Positions 35,815-46,083 of a DNA stretch of 64,000 bases are shown in pieces. The position numbers and the translations under genes were made by a program. The stretch is from Centroscyllium fabricii. Lineage: Eukaryota. Location: the NCBI GenBank assembly GCA_051313645.2, contig JBNRSN020000006.1, positions 46,562,001 to 46,626,000 of the forward strand, in the 5' to 3' direction. The notes under the pieces were generated by a model. It worked only from the letters and a program-made list of their open reading frames with translations. It did not search any database and was not told the origin of the DNA. How positions within the stretch are numbered: the stretch's first letter is position 1; every line of letters begins with the position of its first letter.

Positions 35815-38598
35815 TAGAATCATAGAATCATAGAAGATAGGAGCAGCAGTAGGCCATTCAGCCCTTTGAGCCTGCTCCACCATTCAATGAGATCATGGCT
35901 GATCTTTAGCAAGCTAGTAACCCGTCCCCGCCTTTTCTCCATAACCTTTAATCCCTTTAGCTTGAAGAAATATATCCAATTCCCTCTTGAATATGTTTAA
36001 TGAACTGGCCTCCACTGCCCTCTGTGGCAGGGAATTCCACAGGCCCACCACTCTCTGAGTGAAGAAATTCTTCCTCATGTCTGTCCTAAATGGTTTACCC
36101 CTTATCCTTAGACTGTGGCCCCTGGTTCTGGACTCCCCCGCCATTGGAAACATTCTCTCTGAATCTAACCTGTCCAGACCTTTCAGAATTTTTTACGTCT
36201 CAATGAGATCGCCTCTCAATCTTCTAAACTCCAATGAGTACAAGCCCAGACTACACAATCTCTCCTCGTAGGTCATTCCTGCCATTCCAGGAATCAGCCT
36301 GGTGAAACGCCACTGCACTCCTTCCATGGCAAGAACATCCTTCCTCAGGCGAGGCGACCAGAACTGTACACAATACTCGAGGTGTGGTCTCACCAGTGCC
36401 TTGTACAGCTGCAGTAAGGTATCCTTATTCCGATATTCGAACCCTCTTGATATGAAGGCCAACATACCATTTGCCTTCCCAACCGCCTGCTGCACCTGCG
36501 TGCTCGCCTTCAGCGACTGGTGCACAAGAACACCCAGGTCTCTCTGCACCTCCCCATCTCCCAATCTATTGCCATTTAAGTAGTAATCTGACCTCCTGTT
36601 TTTGCCCCCAAAGTGGATAACCTCACATTTATCCACATTATAGTGCATCTGCCATCTATCTGCCCAGTCCCCCAACTTATCCAAATCGCCCTGTAACTTC
36701 CTGACACCCTCTTCAGAGCCTGCCCCCCCTCCTAGTTTGGTGTCGTCCGCGAATTTGGAGATATTACATTCAATTCCCTGATCCAGATCATTAATATATA
36801 TTGTAAACAGCTGAGGTCCCAGGACAGACCCCTGCGGTACTCCACTAGTCACCGGCTGCCACTCAGAAAACGAGCCGTTAATTCCAACTCTCTGTTTTCT
36901 GTCTGCCAACCAGTTCTCTATCCACATCAAAACTTTGCCCCCAATCCCATGAGCCTTAATTTTACATGCTAATCTTTTATGTGGAACCTTATCGAAAGCT
37001 TTCTGGAAGTCAGGTACACCACATCTACTGGCTCTCCCCCATCTATTTTCCAAGTTACTTCCTCAAAGAATTCCAATAGATTAGTTAAACATGATTTACC
37101 TTTTGTAAACCCATGTTGACTCTGTCCGATCCCATCCCTACTTGTCAAATGCTCCGAGATTACATCCTTGATGATGGACTCGAGCATTTTGCCCACTACT
37201 GATGTAAGGCTTACTGGTCTATAATTCCCTGCTTTCTCTCTGCCCCCCTTTTTAAACAGTGGGGTAACATTAGCCACCCTCCAATCCGTGGGTACTGATC
37301 CAGAGTCTATTGAGTTCTGGAAAATGATCCTTAATGCACCCTCTATTTCCGGGGCTACCTCTTTAAGTACCCTAGGATGTAGATTATCAGGCCCTGGGGA
37401 TTTGTCGGCCTTCAATCCCTTCAACTTCCCCAAAACCATCTCCCTAGAAATACTGATATCTGTCAGCTCCTCCCTTGCCTTGGACCCTATGTTCGCTGCA
37501 ATTCCTGGGAGGTTGCTTGTGTCCTCCTTTGTGAAGACAGTACCAAAATATGAATTTAGTTGGTCTGCCATTTCTTTATTCCCCATTATATATTCCCCTG
37601 AATCGGACTGCAAGGGACCGACTTGGGATTTTACCAATCTTTTCCTATTGATGTACCTATAAAAGCTTTTGCAGTCAGTTTTTATGTTTGCCGCAAGCTT
37701 ACATTCATAATCTATCTTCCCCCTCCTGATTAATCCCTTTGTCTTCCTTTGCTGTATCCTGAACTGCTCCCAATCTTCCGGCCTGGTACTTTTTTTGGCC
37801 AATTGATATGCCCATTTTTTGGATTTAATGTTGTCCCTTATTTCCCTTGTTATCCACGGTTGAGTCACCTTTCTAGGTTTATTCTTATGCCAAACCGGTA
37901 TGAACGAGTTCTGTATTTCTTCCATCCTATACTTGAATGCTTGCCATTGTCTATCCACATTCAATCCCCCCGGGAACACTGCCCAATCTATCTTGCTTAA
38001 TTCCCTTCTCATACCTTCATAATTCCCTTTATTTAAATTCAGGACCTTAGTCTCTGAGTTGATCTTTTCACTTTCCATCTCAACTGAGAATTCGATCATA
38101 TTATGATCGCTCTGACCCAAGGGGCCTCGTACAACGAGATTGTTAATTAGTCCTTTCTCATTGCACAATACCCAGTCTAAGATGGCCTGATCCCGAGTTG
38201 GTTCCTCAACATATTGGTCCAGATACCCATCCCGTAGACATTCTAGGAATTCCTCCTCCTCAGTATTTTTACTAACTTGGCTAGTCCAATCAATATGTAG
38301 ATTAAAGTCGCCCATGACGACAGCTGTGCCCTTATTGCAAGCTTCTCTAATTTCCCTTTTTATGCCGTCCCCCACCTCCATATTACTATTTGGAGGCCTG
38401 TATATAACTCCCACTAATGTTTTCCGCCCTTTACTATTTCTTAGTTCTACCCATATAGATTCCGTATCATCTGAGTTAATATCCTTCCTTTCAATTGCAT
38501 TTATCCCCTCTTTCATCAGCAATGCCACCCCACCTCCCTTTCTTTTGTGCCGATCCTTTCTGAATGTTGTATACCCCGGGATGTTGAGTTCCCAGCCT
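35815..38598 (-). mobile_element. CR1 LINE, near-complete ORF2, 5'-truncated in the endonuclease
   Basis: ORFs 36969-38612, 36193-37053 and 35914-36153 carry APE and RT motifs; (CTATGATT)n tail abuts the Gypsy B 3' LTR. Confidence 0.95.
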
Positions 38599-41500
38599 TT
38601 GTTGTTGAACATACAAGCGACTGAGCGTTGGTCAGTCAGCAGGTTAAATCGTTTTCCGGCCAGGTAGTGCTTCCAGTGTCACACTGCTTCAACAATGGCC
38701 TGGGCTTCCTTCTCCACAGAAGAGTGACGGGTCTCGGGGCCCTGGAGAGTGCGTGAGAAGAAGGCCACGGGTCTGCCCGCCTGGTTAAGGGTGACGGCCA
38801 GGGCAAAGTCCGATGCATCACTCTCTACTTGGAACAGGACGGCCTCGTCCACAGCATGCATCGTGGCCTTTGCGATGTCTCTCTTTATGCCGCAGAACGC
38901 CGTGCGGGCCTCTGCCGACAGGTGAAAGGAGGTTGATTTAAGTAGTGGGCGGGCTTTGTCCGCGTAGTTGGGGACCCACTGGGCGTAATAAGAAAAGAAC
39001 CCCAAGCACCTTTTCAGGGCCTTGAGGGAGTGGGGGAGGGGGAGCTCCAGGAGGGGGCGCATGCGGTCCGGGTCGGGACCGATGACCCCATTCTCCACAA
39101 CACTGCCGAGGATGGCAAGGCGGGTTGTCCTGAACACACATTTTTCCGTGTTATAGGTCAGGTTTAATGTTTTGGCGGTGTGGAAACATTTCTGGAGGTT
39201 GGCGTCATGGTCCTGCTGGTCGTGGCCGCAGATGGTCACATTATCAAGATACGGAAAGGTGGCCCGCAGTCCGTACTGATCAACCATTCGGTCCATCTCT
39301 CTTTGGAAGACTGAGACCCCGTTGGTGACGCCAAACGGAACCCTGAGGAAGTGATAGAGGTGACCGTCAGCCTCGAAGGCAGTTTAGTGACGGTCCTCCG
39401 AGCGGATGGGGAGCTGGTGGTACGCAGACTTCAGATCGATGGTCGAGAAGACCCGAAACTGAGCGATCTGGTTCACCATATCCGCTGTGCGGGGGAGGGG
39501 ATACGCATCTAGCTGCGTAAACCGGTTGATGGTTTGACTGTAGTCCACAACCATCCGGTGTTTGGCTCCGGTCTTCACAACCACTACCTGTGCCCTCCAG
39601 GGGCTATTACTGGCCTCGATGACCCCCTCCTTCAGGAGCCGCTTCACCTCAGACTTGATGAAGTCTCTGTCCCCGGTACTGTAGCGCCTACTTTTGGTGG
39701 CGACGGGCTTGCAGTCCGGGGTGAGTTTGGCAAAGAGCGAGGGGGGGCGACCTTAAGGGTCGAGAGGCCGCAGGTAGCGCGCTGTGGGTACTGCGGGGAG
39801 CGCTGGTTGCTGACCGTGAGCGGGGGAAGGGTCCCACCGTACGCCATCGTAACGCTCTGGAGGTGGCACTGAAAGTCAAGGCCCAGGAGTAAGGGAGCGC
39901 AGAGCTGCGGCAGCACGAATACTTTAAAATTATTGAAGTGTACGCCCTGCACTGCCAGGGTCACTACGCAGCGACCGCAGACGTCCGCAGAGTCGGACTT
40001 AGATGCCATCGAGCTTTTTTGGCTAGTCGGCATGACTGGATGGATGAAGCTCGCCGTGCTCCCGCTGTCAAAAAGGCAATCCGTGCTCCGCCTGTTCACC
40101 TGCACCGTCATCATAGATCTGCTCAGTGGCTGGCTCTTGTTCTGGTCGACTGTGATGGAGGCCAGTATCCGGTCGGTCGAGTCGGTTGAGAGGTCTGGGG
40201 CCTGTTCCCAAGATGGCTGCCGCCACGCGGCGGGCTGTGATGGAGATGGCTGTGTCCAGGATGGCGTCTGCTCCCACGCGGCGGGCTGTGATGAAGATGG
40301 CTATGTCCAAGATGGCTGCCCCCACGGCCCACATGCGGTGCTGCCCGGTTTGGAGGGCGGTATTGCCGCTGCTCTGCAGACTTTAGCGAAATGTCCTTTC
40401 TTACCGCACTTAGAGCAGGCCGCGTCTCTCGCCGGGCAGTTTCGCCTGGGATGTTGGGCTTGGCCGCAGAAATAACATTTAGGCCCTCTCGAGTGCATAG
40501 CCGCAGTCATCTCTTCCGCCGGTCGCGGCGCGGCCGGCTGTGCCCAAGATGGCGGCGTCGGCGCTGTGACCGCGTGGTTGCCCGAGTAAGAGGACATGTT
40601 AAGGGACGCCAAGTCCAGTGCGTTCCCCAGGTCAGCTGTCGCCTGCAGGTCCATGCCATTTTGTTCCAAAAGTCTCTGGTGGATGTAATCGGACCTGAGG
40701 CCAGTCACATAAGCGTCCCTGATGAGACTTTCCGAGTGCACCTGGGCTGTCTGTGACTTACAGTTGCAGACCCGGTAGAGGACTCTCAGCGCTCGTAAGA
40801 ACTCCACGCTCGATTCCCCGGGTTGCTGCTTTCTGGTGGCCAGGAGGTGTCTGGCATGGACGAGGTTCGGTGTCCGGTTGTACTCGGCTTTCAGAATTCA
40901 GATCACATCTAAGTAGGACGACGCATCCGCGATTATCGAGTAAACTTGGGGGCCCACCCGGGCGTTGGGAAGGCGCCGCTTGTCCTCCTCCATCTGGACG
41001 ACCGCTGCGTTGGCTGCGAGGAACGCCTTGAAACAGCTGAACCAGTGCGTAAAAGTATTGGAGGCGCCATTGTTTGGGGATCCAGTTCAAACGTCGCTGG
41101 TTTGAGCATGGTCTCCATGGTTAAATTTAGCTAATAAAATTGATACCGTATCAATGACCTCGGAGACGAGAAGTTACGAGGTGAACAAAAGGCTTTTATT
41201 AGCTAAAAGGTTGGGCATGCACCAGCTAGTCGACCGCTCCCAGAATGAATGCAGGGAGGGAGACAGTCGCTTATATACCTGTCCTGGGAGGAGGAGTCAC
41301 AGGCGGGGCTAGCATGGGCATGCCCAGGTAAGCAATATACAAGGAACTATATACATTATCACAGGCCGTTGGTTACACACATATATATATACAGAGTGGT
41401 TTACCACAGTTACTACTACAGAGACTCATCCGAGGTGTCTAGGGCCTAGAATCTGCCTTTACTTGAGCGGACCCGCCCCCGTTCCCCCATCGGTCAGTTG

Positions 41501-42403
41501 GGTCAATGGGAGCCGTTCCTGATTGGTCCGTGGGGCTGTCAATCAACAGCCCCCACAATGCCTTGCGTTTTCGCGCCGTTTCTCTCAGTTCTGCGTTGAT
41601 GGTGTTTGAAGGGCTGAATGGCCTACTCCTGCTCCTATCTTCTATGATTCTATGAATAAAGAAGTGTTTTACTTTGCTCCGCTGCTTCCTCCGTTTATTG
41701 AAGATTTTAAGGTGGAAAACTTAGGTTTGCCACAGTGTCATATAAATGCAAGTCTTTCTTTCTTTACTTGTGCTTATTGGCTCCCCTGGTGACAACCCCT
41801 CTGACTGTCTAACTAATTCCTCATGAGTGGGTGTCTCTCTGCTGTCGAGTAAGATGCATGACAGAGTTGGTGAGGAAATGGCAGCGGCTGGGAATCTGGA
41901 AGTGCCCAGGTGGTCGTCAGAGTGGCCTGGCCTTATGATATGAAAGACAGAAGAGCTTGTTCAGCTGTGCAAGCAGTAACATTTCCCATTAACGAAATGG
42001 CAGGTGAGTGTCAGGAGCAATACTTGTCTATATATATCCAGATACAGATGGAAGATGAACTTACTCTTCTAAGGAAGCTGTTGGCAGGGAAGCTGTTGCA
42101 AGGCCCGTTATCGCACTTATACAAAATACTTCCTTTGTGGTTGGGGAATAGGTGGGCGGTTTGATTTTATGATAAATAAATCAAAATCCAGCAACCCTGA
42201 CATGGAACAAGCTAAGCGTGGGTTGATGTATTGGGAAAATCACACAAAATAAGTCTTCTTACAATAACATCATAGAACCACACAACACAGAAGGAGGCCA
42301 TTCGGCCCATCGTGCCTGTGCCGGCTTTTTGAAAGAGCTGTCCAATTAGTCCCACACCCCCGCTCTTTCCCCATAGCCCTGCAAATTTCTCCTTTTCAAG
42401 TTA

Positions 42404-42801
42404 CAGGTCCGACACCGTTAATCCGGCACGGTCGGGACCAGGCCGGTGCCGGACTAGTGAAAAATCCGAACGACTGAAGCTTCGGCAAGCGCATGCGCAG
42501 ACCATTCAAAATGACCGCCACGCACGCTGGTGACCATTTTGAATGGTCTGCGCATGCGCTCGCCGAAGCATCAATCATTCGGATTAACTCAATAGGATTC
42601 GGGGAGAGGCCTGGCCACGCGCAGCCAAGCGCGGCGGCCATTTTGTGCATGTGCAGACCAGTCGGGGAGAGGCCCGGCATGCACAGCCAAGCGTGGTGGC
42701 CATGTTGCGCATGCGCAGATCAATCAGGGAGAGGCTTGGATTAGTGCCGGACGACTGAAGTTTCCGGATTAACGGTGTCCGGATTAACGGTGCTGGACCT
42801 G
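42404..42801. mobile_element. TA-flanked MITE within a short CR1 3' end
   Basis: TIR CAGGTCC..CACCGTTAATCCGG / CCGGATTAACGGTG..GGACCTG; TA TSD. Confidence 0.8.
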
Positions 42802-43362
42802 TATTTATCCAATTCCCTTTTGAAGGTAATGAAGTCCTTTTGATCAAAGTTCGAAGGGCCCGTTCAGAATCTGTAAATCTTGTTGAGAGCCAATTGCTTC
42901 ACACACAATAGATCCATTTAAAAATACTTTCTTATTTCCACTTTTCTCTCCTGTTTTATTGAGTGGTGCTTTGCACTGAGCTCCTCCAATGGCGTAACGG
43001 ATAAGTGTGCTGCATGGCGTTATCTCTGAAGAACACAGTCCAAGAAGGCCCCATGTCCGATCACTACCTTCGTTGAATTAGCTGCTTGGGGTGTGACCAC
43101 TGATCTCAGGTAGGGACTGGAAAGGCGCTGAAAACAATCAGAACAAGTACCCACTCCTGGTTGCTATCCAAAGACTTCTGTTGGAAAGTGAGCAGGTGAA
43201 GATATCAGGTAAGGGCAGGATTTTATTCTGGGGACAATTGACATATCATTGAGCACATCATTGTACACACCTTTGTTTGAGGCCATAGTTTCCTCTAAGT
43301 TAATTAAAAAGTGCACATGAACAAATGGGGAGCAAGACTAGTAGGACGTAGTAACAGACATC

Positions 43363-44173
43363 GGGGTGATTTTCGGAGGGCCATGAGGGCGGGCTTCCGG
43401 TGGGGCGGGGCTTAAAATTCCCGAAACCGGGGGGGTCCCAACCCCTCCCGCCGGATCCCCGCTGCTTTGTGGTTTTTGGCCGGCGTGTCTGGCCATCCCG
43501 AATCTTTCCCACCTGCTGCCGGCAGGGTTGATCATTGAGCTCATTAGGGGCCCTCAATTGCCATGGGTAATCCCATTTTAAGGCCCCCTCACGATTTTTG
43601 AGCTCTTCCCACCCATACCCCGCCATCCTGAAATCCCGCCGGTGAAAGCTAGCGGGAACTCAGTCGGCTTGGTCACTTTCGCCTTCAAGGCATTGAAGGA
43701 CCTGCAGCAGAATGCCTTCCAGGCCTTCAACACCCTGGAGTTGTAAGTGACTCCCTTCTCTGAGGAGCAGCTGTGAAGAAAACACTCAAAACACTTACCT
43801 TGACAGATGCTGAAAGGCTTCATAAAGAGACGGCCCCTAACCGTGAGCTTTCCAGCGAGTCCTTAGACCGGTCACTCAACCCACTTGGGCTTTGAGATTG
43901 GTTGCACTCCATTGTGATGTCACAATGGACTGTTCCCATAGAAACTAACAACTCACAGTCCTTAGAAGTGTCAATCAAACCTCCGGCTCTCATCTGCAGC
44001 CCGCTGCTTTCCGACTGGAATCCTTCAATTGGCAGGGGCTCCCCACATGTAGGCAATTAATTGGCCAATTGAGCCAAAATTGCGTGGGGCTCCCAGGCCT
44101 ATAGACATTTGGGACAGAAACCTGATCTGGCTAAAACCTGCCAGGTTCCCACACCTTTGCGAAAATACTCCCC
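43363..44173. mobile_element. Harbinger-like non-autonomous element
   Basis: GGGGTGATTTTCG / CGAAAATACTCCCC termini; same family as 51544-55493. Confidence 0.6.
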
Positions 44174-44751
44174 ACTGAGTCCATTTTTACCTCAACTCTG
44201 AATCTTTGTCCCAGCCTAAAATGGCTGATCAGAAATTATCGCCAGTTAATAACCGTTAAGGCCACATTAAAGTTTTCTTCTGATAAACCCACACAGAATT
44301 GCACAAGGGAACATAAATAAAAGCAAGTGCTGGAGTCCTACTCAGGTGTCCAGGACTTATTTCTATTAGTATTTTCTTATGGAATTGTGACATTTGTTAT
44401 AAAAAGGGATAGGCAACATTGCAAAATATCAGCACAGCAAGTATTTATTAGGAATGACTTTCAGGTGATTAATCTTTTGCAAGGGCACCCAGAGCAGAGC
44501 CCTGCAAAAGATTAATCACCGGAAAGTTTCCAGCCCCGGGAAGCAGGTCGTACTCAATTCTCTGATCCATGCTCCAATCAAGCAAGGTTCTATGCCAGGC
44601 CTTGTAAATCTTGCCCTACTTATTGGTCCATCTATTATTAAAAATGATATAGAATCATTGAATAGTACAACGGCCTTTCCACTCAAACATCTGATTTTTC
44701 CATCCTGTTGCCAGACCTGGTAATTCCTGCCTGTTGCATTTTCCCATCTAT

Positions 44752-44865
44752 CCACTACATTACAACAGTGACGACACTTCAAAAAGTACTTCATTGGCTG
44801 TAAAGCGCTTTGGCACATCCGGTGGCCGTGAAAGGCGCTATAGAAATGAAAGTCTTTCTTTTCTT
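44752..44865 (+). mobile_element. DeuSINE 3' fragment
   Basis: Matches 29130-29210 and the L2-type tail. Confidence 0.65.
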
Positions 44866-45512
44866 TATTGATGTGACAGTCAGTGGTGCTGTAGTTGCAA
44901 GTTCTGGCCACTGGATGACACTAGGGAGCAGCACGGTGTATCTGCCACCACTCAGCTTCAAATAGGCACCATTTTTGGATTCTTACTGTACAAGATATAT
45001 ATGTTAAAAAAACAAGGTGAGTTTGTTAGATTTTATTTTATATTTTAAATTTTAAATCTGTATATATTCGATAAACTTTTATTCCCTCCTCCCAAGTGCT
45101 AAATATTGCCTAAATTTATTTTTGGCCAGTTCTTTTACCTGGAATCTAATATCTACTGTCTCCCGCTGCCCACTAATGGCAGACAAAGCCTTCCCTTTTC
45201 TCCTGTGTCTGTCACTTTAATCCTCGTCAATCATACAGAACCTCTCTCCACTTTTTCCAACACCACGATCTACCGCCATCTTGTATTAGACATAGAGACG
45301 ATACTCCCAATTGCCATTGTAAGGCACAGCTCTCTCTCCCGGCCCTATTCGTGTGCCTCCAGTGTCGTTGGAAAGCTAATTAAGCTGTCTTCATACTTTC
45401 TAGATCACCTTTGTCCAAATATTGCCCATGTGAAAATAACGAAAGACTTGCATTTATATAGCGCCTTTCACAACCTCAGGACATCCCAAAGTGCATTACA
45501 GCCAATGAAGTA

Positions 45513-45879
45513 CAGGTACACAATCCCTTATCCGCAACTCCAAAAACTGAAAAGCTCCAAAAACCAAAGTTTTTCGTCAATTTATTTAAGAAAAAAAATG
45601 ATTTAAGCTGCAGCAGAAAAAACACGTTCCCACCCCGATCTCGCGCTGTTGATGCCGTGCTGAGGAAAAAAACAGCCGATCTCCTCCTACAAACGGCCGG
45701 TCTCCCGCTCCAAACGGCCGATATGCCGTTCCCCGACCGCGAGCTGGGCCACAAACACGGAATTGCGCATGCGCAAGCGATCTGCGCATGCGCACTGGGA
45801 CCAACTCTAAAAACCGTATTTATCTGAAAACCGAAACCCGCCCGGTCCCGAGGTTTTCGGATAAAGGGTTGTGTACCTG
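45513..45879. mobile_element. TA-flanked MITE
   Basis: TIR CAGGTACACAATCCCTTATCCG / CGGATAAAGGGTTGTGTACCTG; TA TSD. Confidence 0.85.
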
Positions 45880-46083
45880 TACTTATTTTTTGAAGTATAG
45901 TCACTGTTGTAATATAGGAAATGCAGCAGACAATTTGCGCTCAGCAAGCTCCCACAAACAGCAATTAGATAATGACCAGTTCTTAGTGATGTTGGTTGAG
46001 GGATAAATATTGGCCAGAACACTGGGGAGAATGCCCCTGCTCTTCTTGAAATAGTGCCACGGGATCATTTATGTCCACCTGAG

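Larger units (their letters stand above)
29223..41408 (-). mobile_element. Gypsy LTR retrotransposon A (degraded gag-pro-RT-RNaseH-integrase; YLDN RT; no tRNA PBS)
   Basis: 268-bp LTRs at 41141-41408 and 29223-29490; TSD GTAAC/GTTAC; PPT GGGGTGAA; two CCHC-type knuckles; FDSG protease; integrase motifs. Confidence 0.93.
29212..41734 (+). mobile_element. Solo LTR (29212-29222 and 41409-41734) split by Gypsy A
   Basis: TGTAATG...GCCACA termini; 4-bp TSD GTGT; AATAAA at ~41655. Confidence 0.65.
28852..41765 (+). mobile_element. DeuSINE (SacSINE1-like) split by nested LTR insertions (28852-29211 and 41735-41765)
   Basis: tRNA-like head; Deu-like body (GAGGGAGTGCTGCACT..GTGGGAGCTTGCTGTGC); tail resumes as ..ATATAAATGCAAGTCTTTCTTT. 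Confidence 0.7.
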
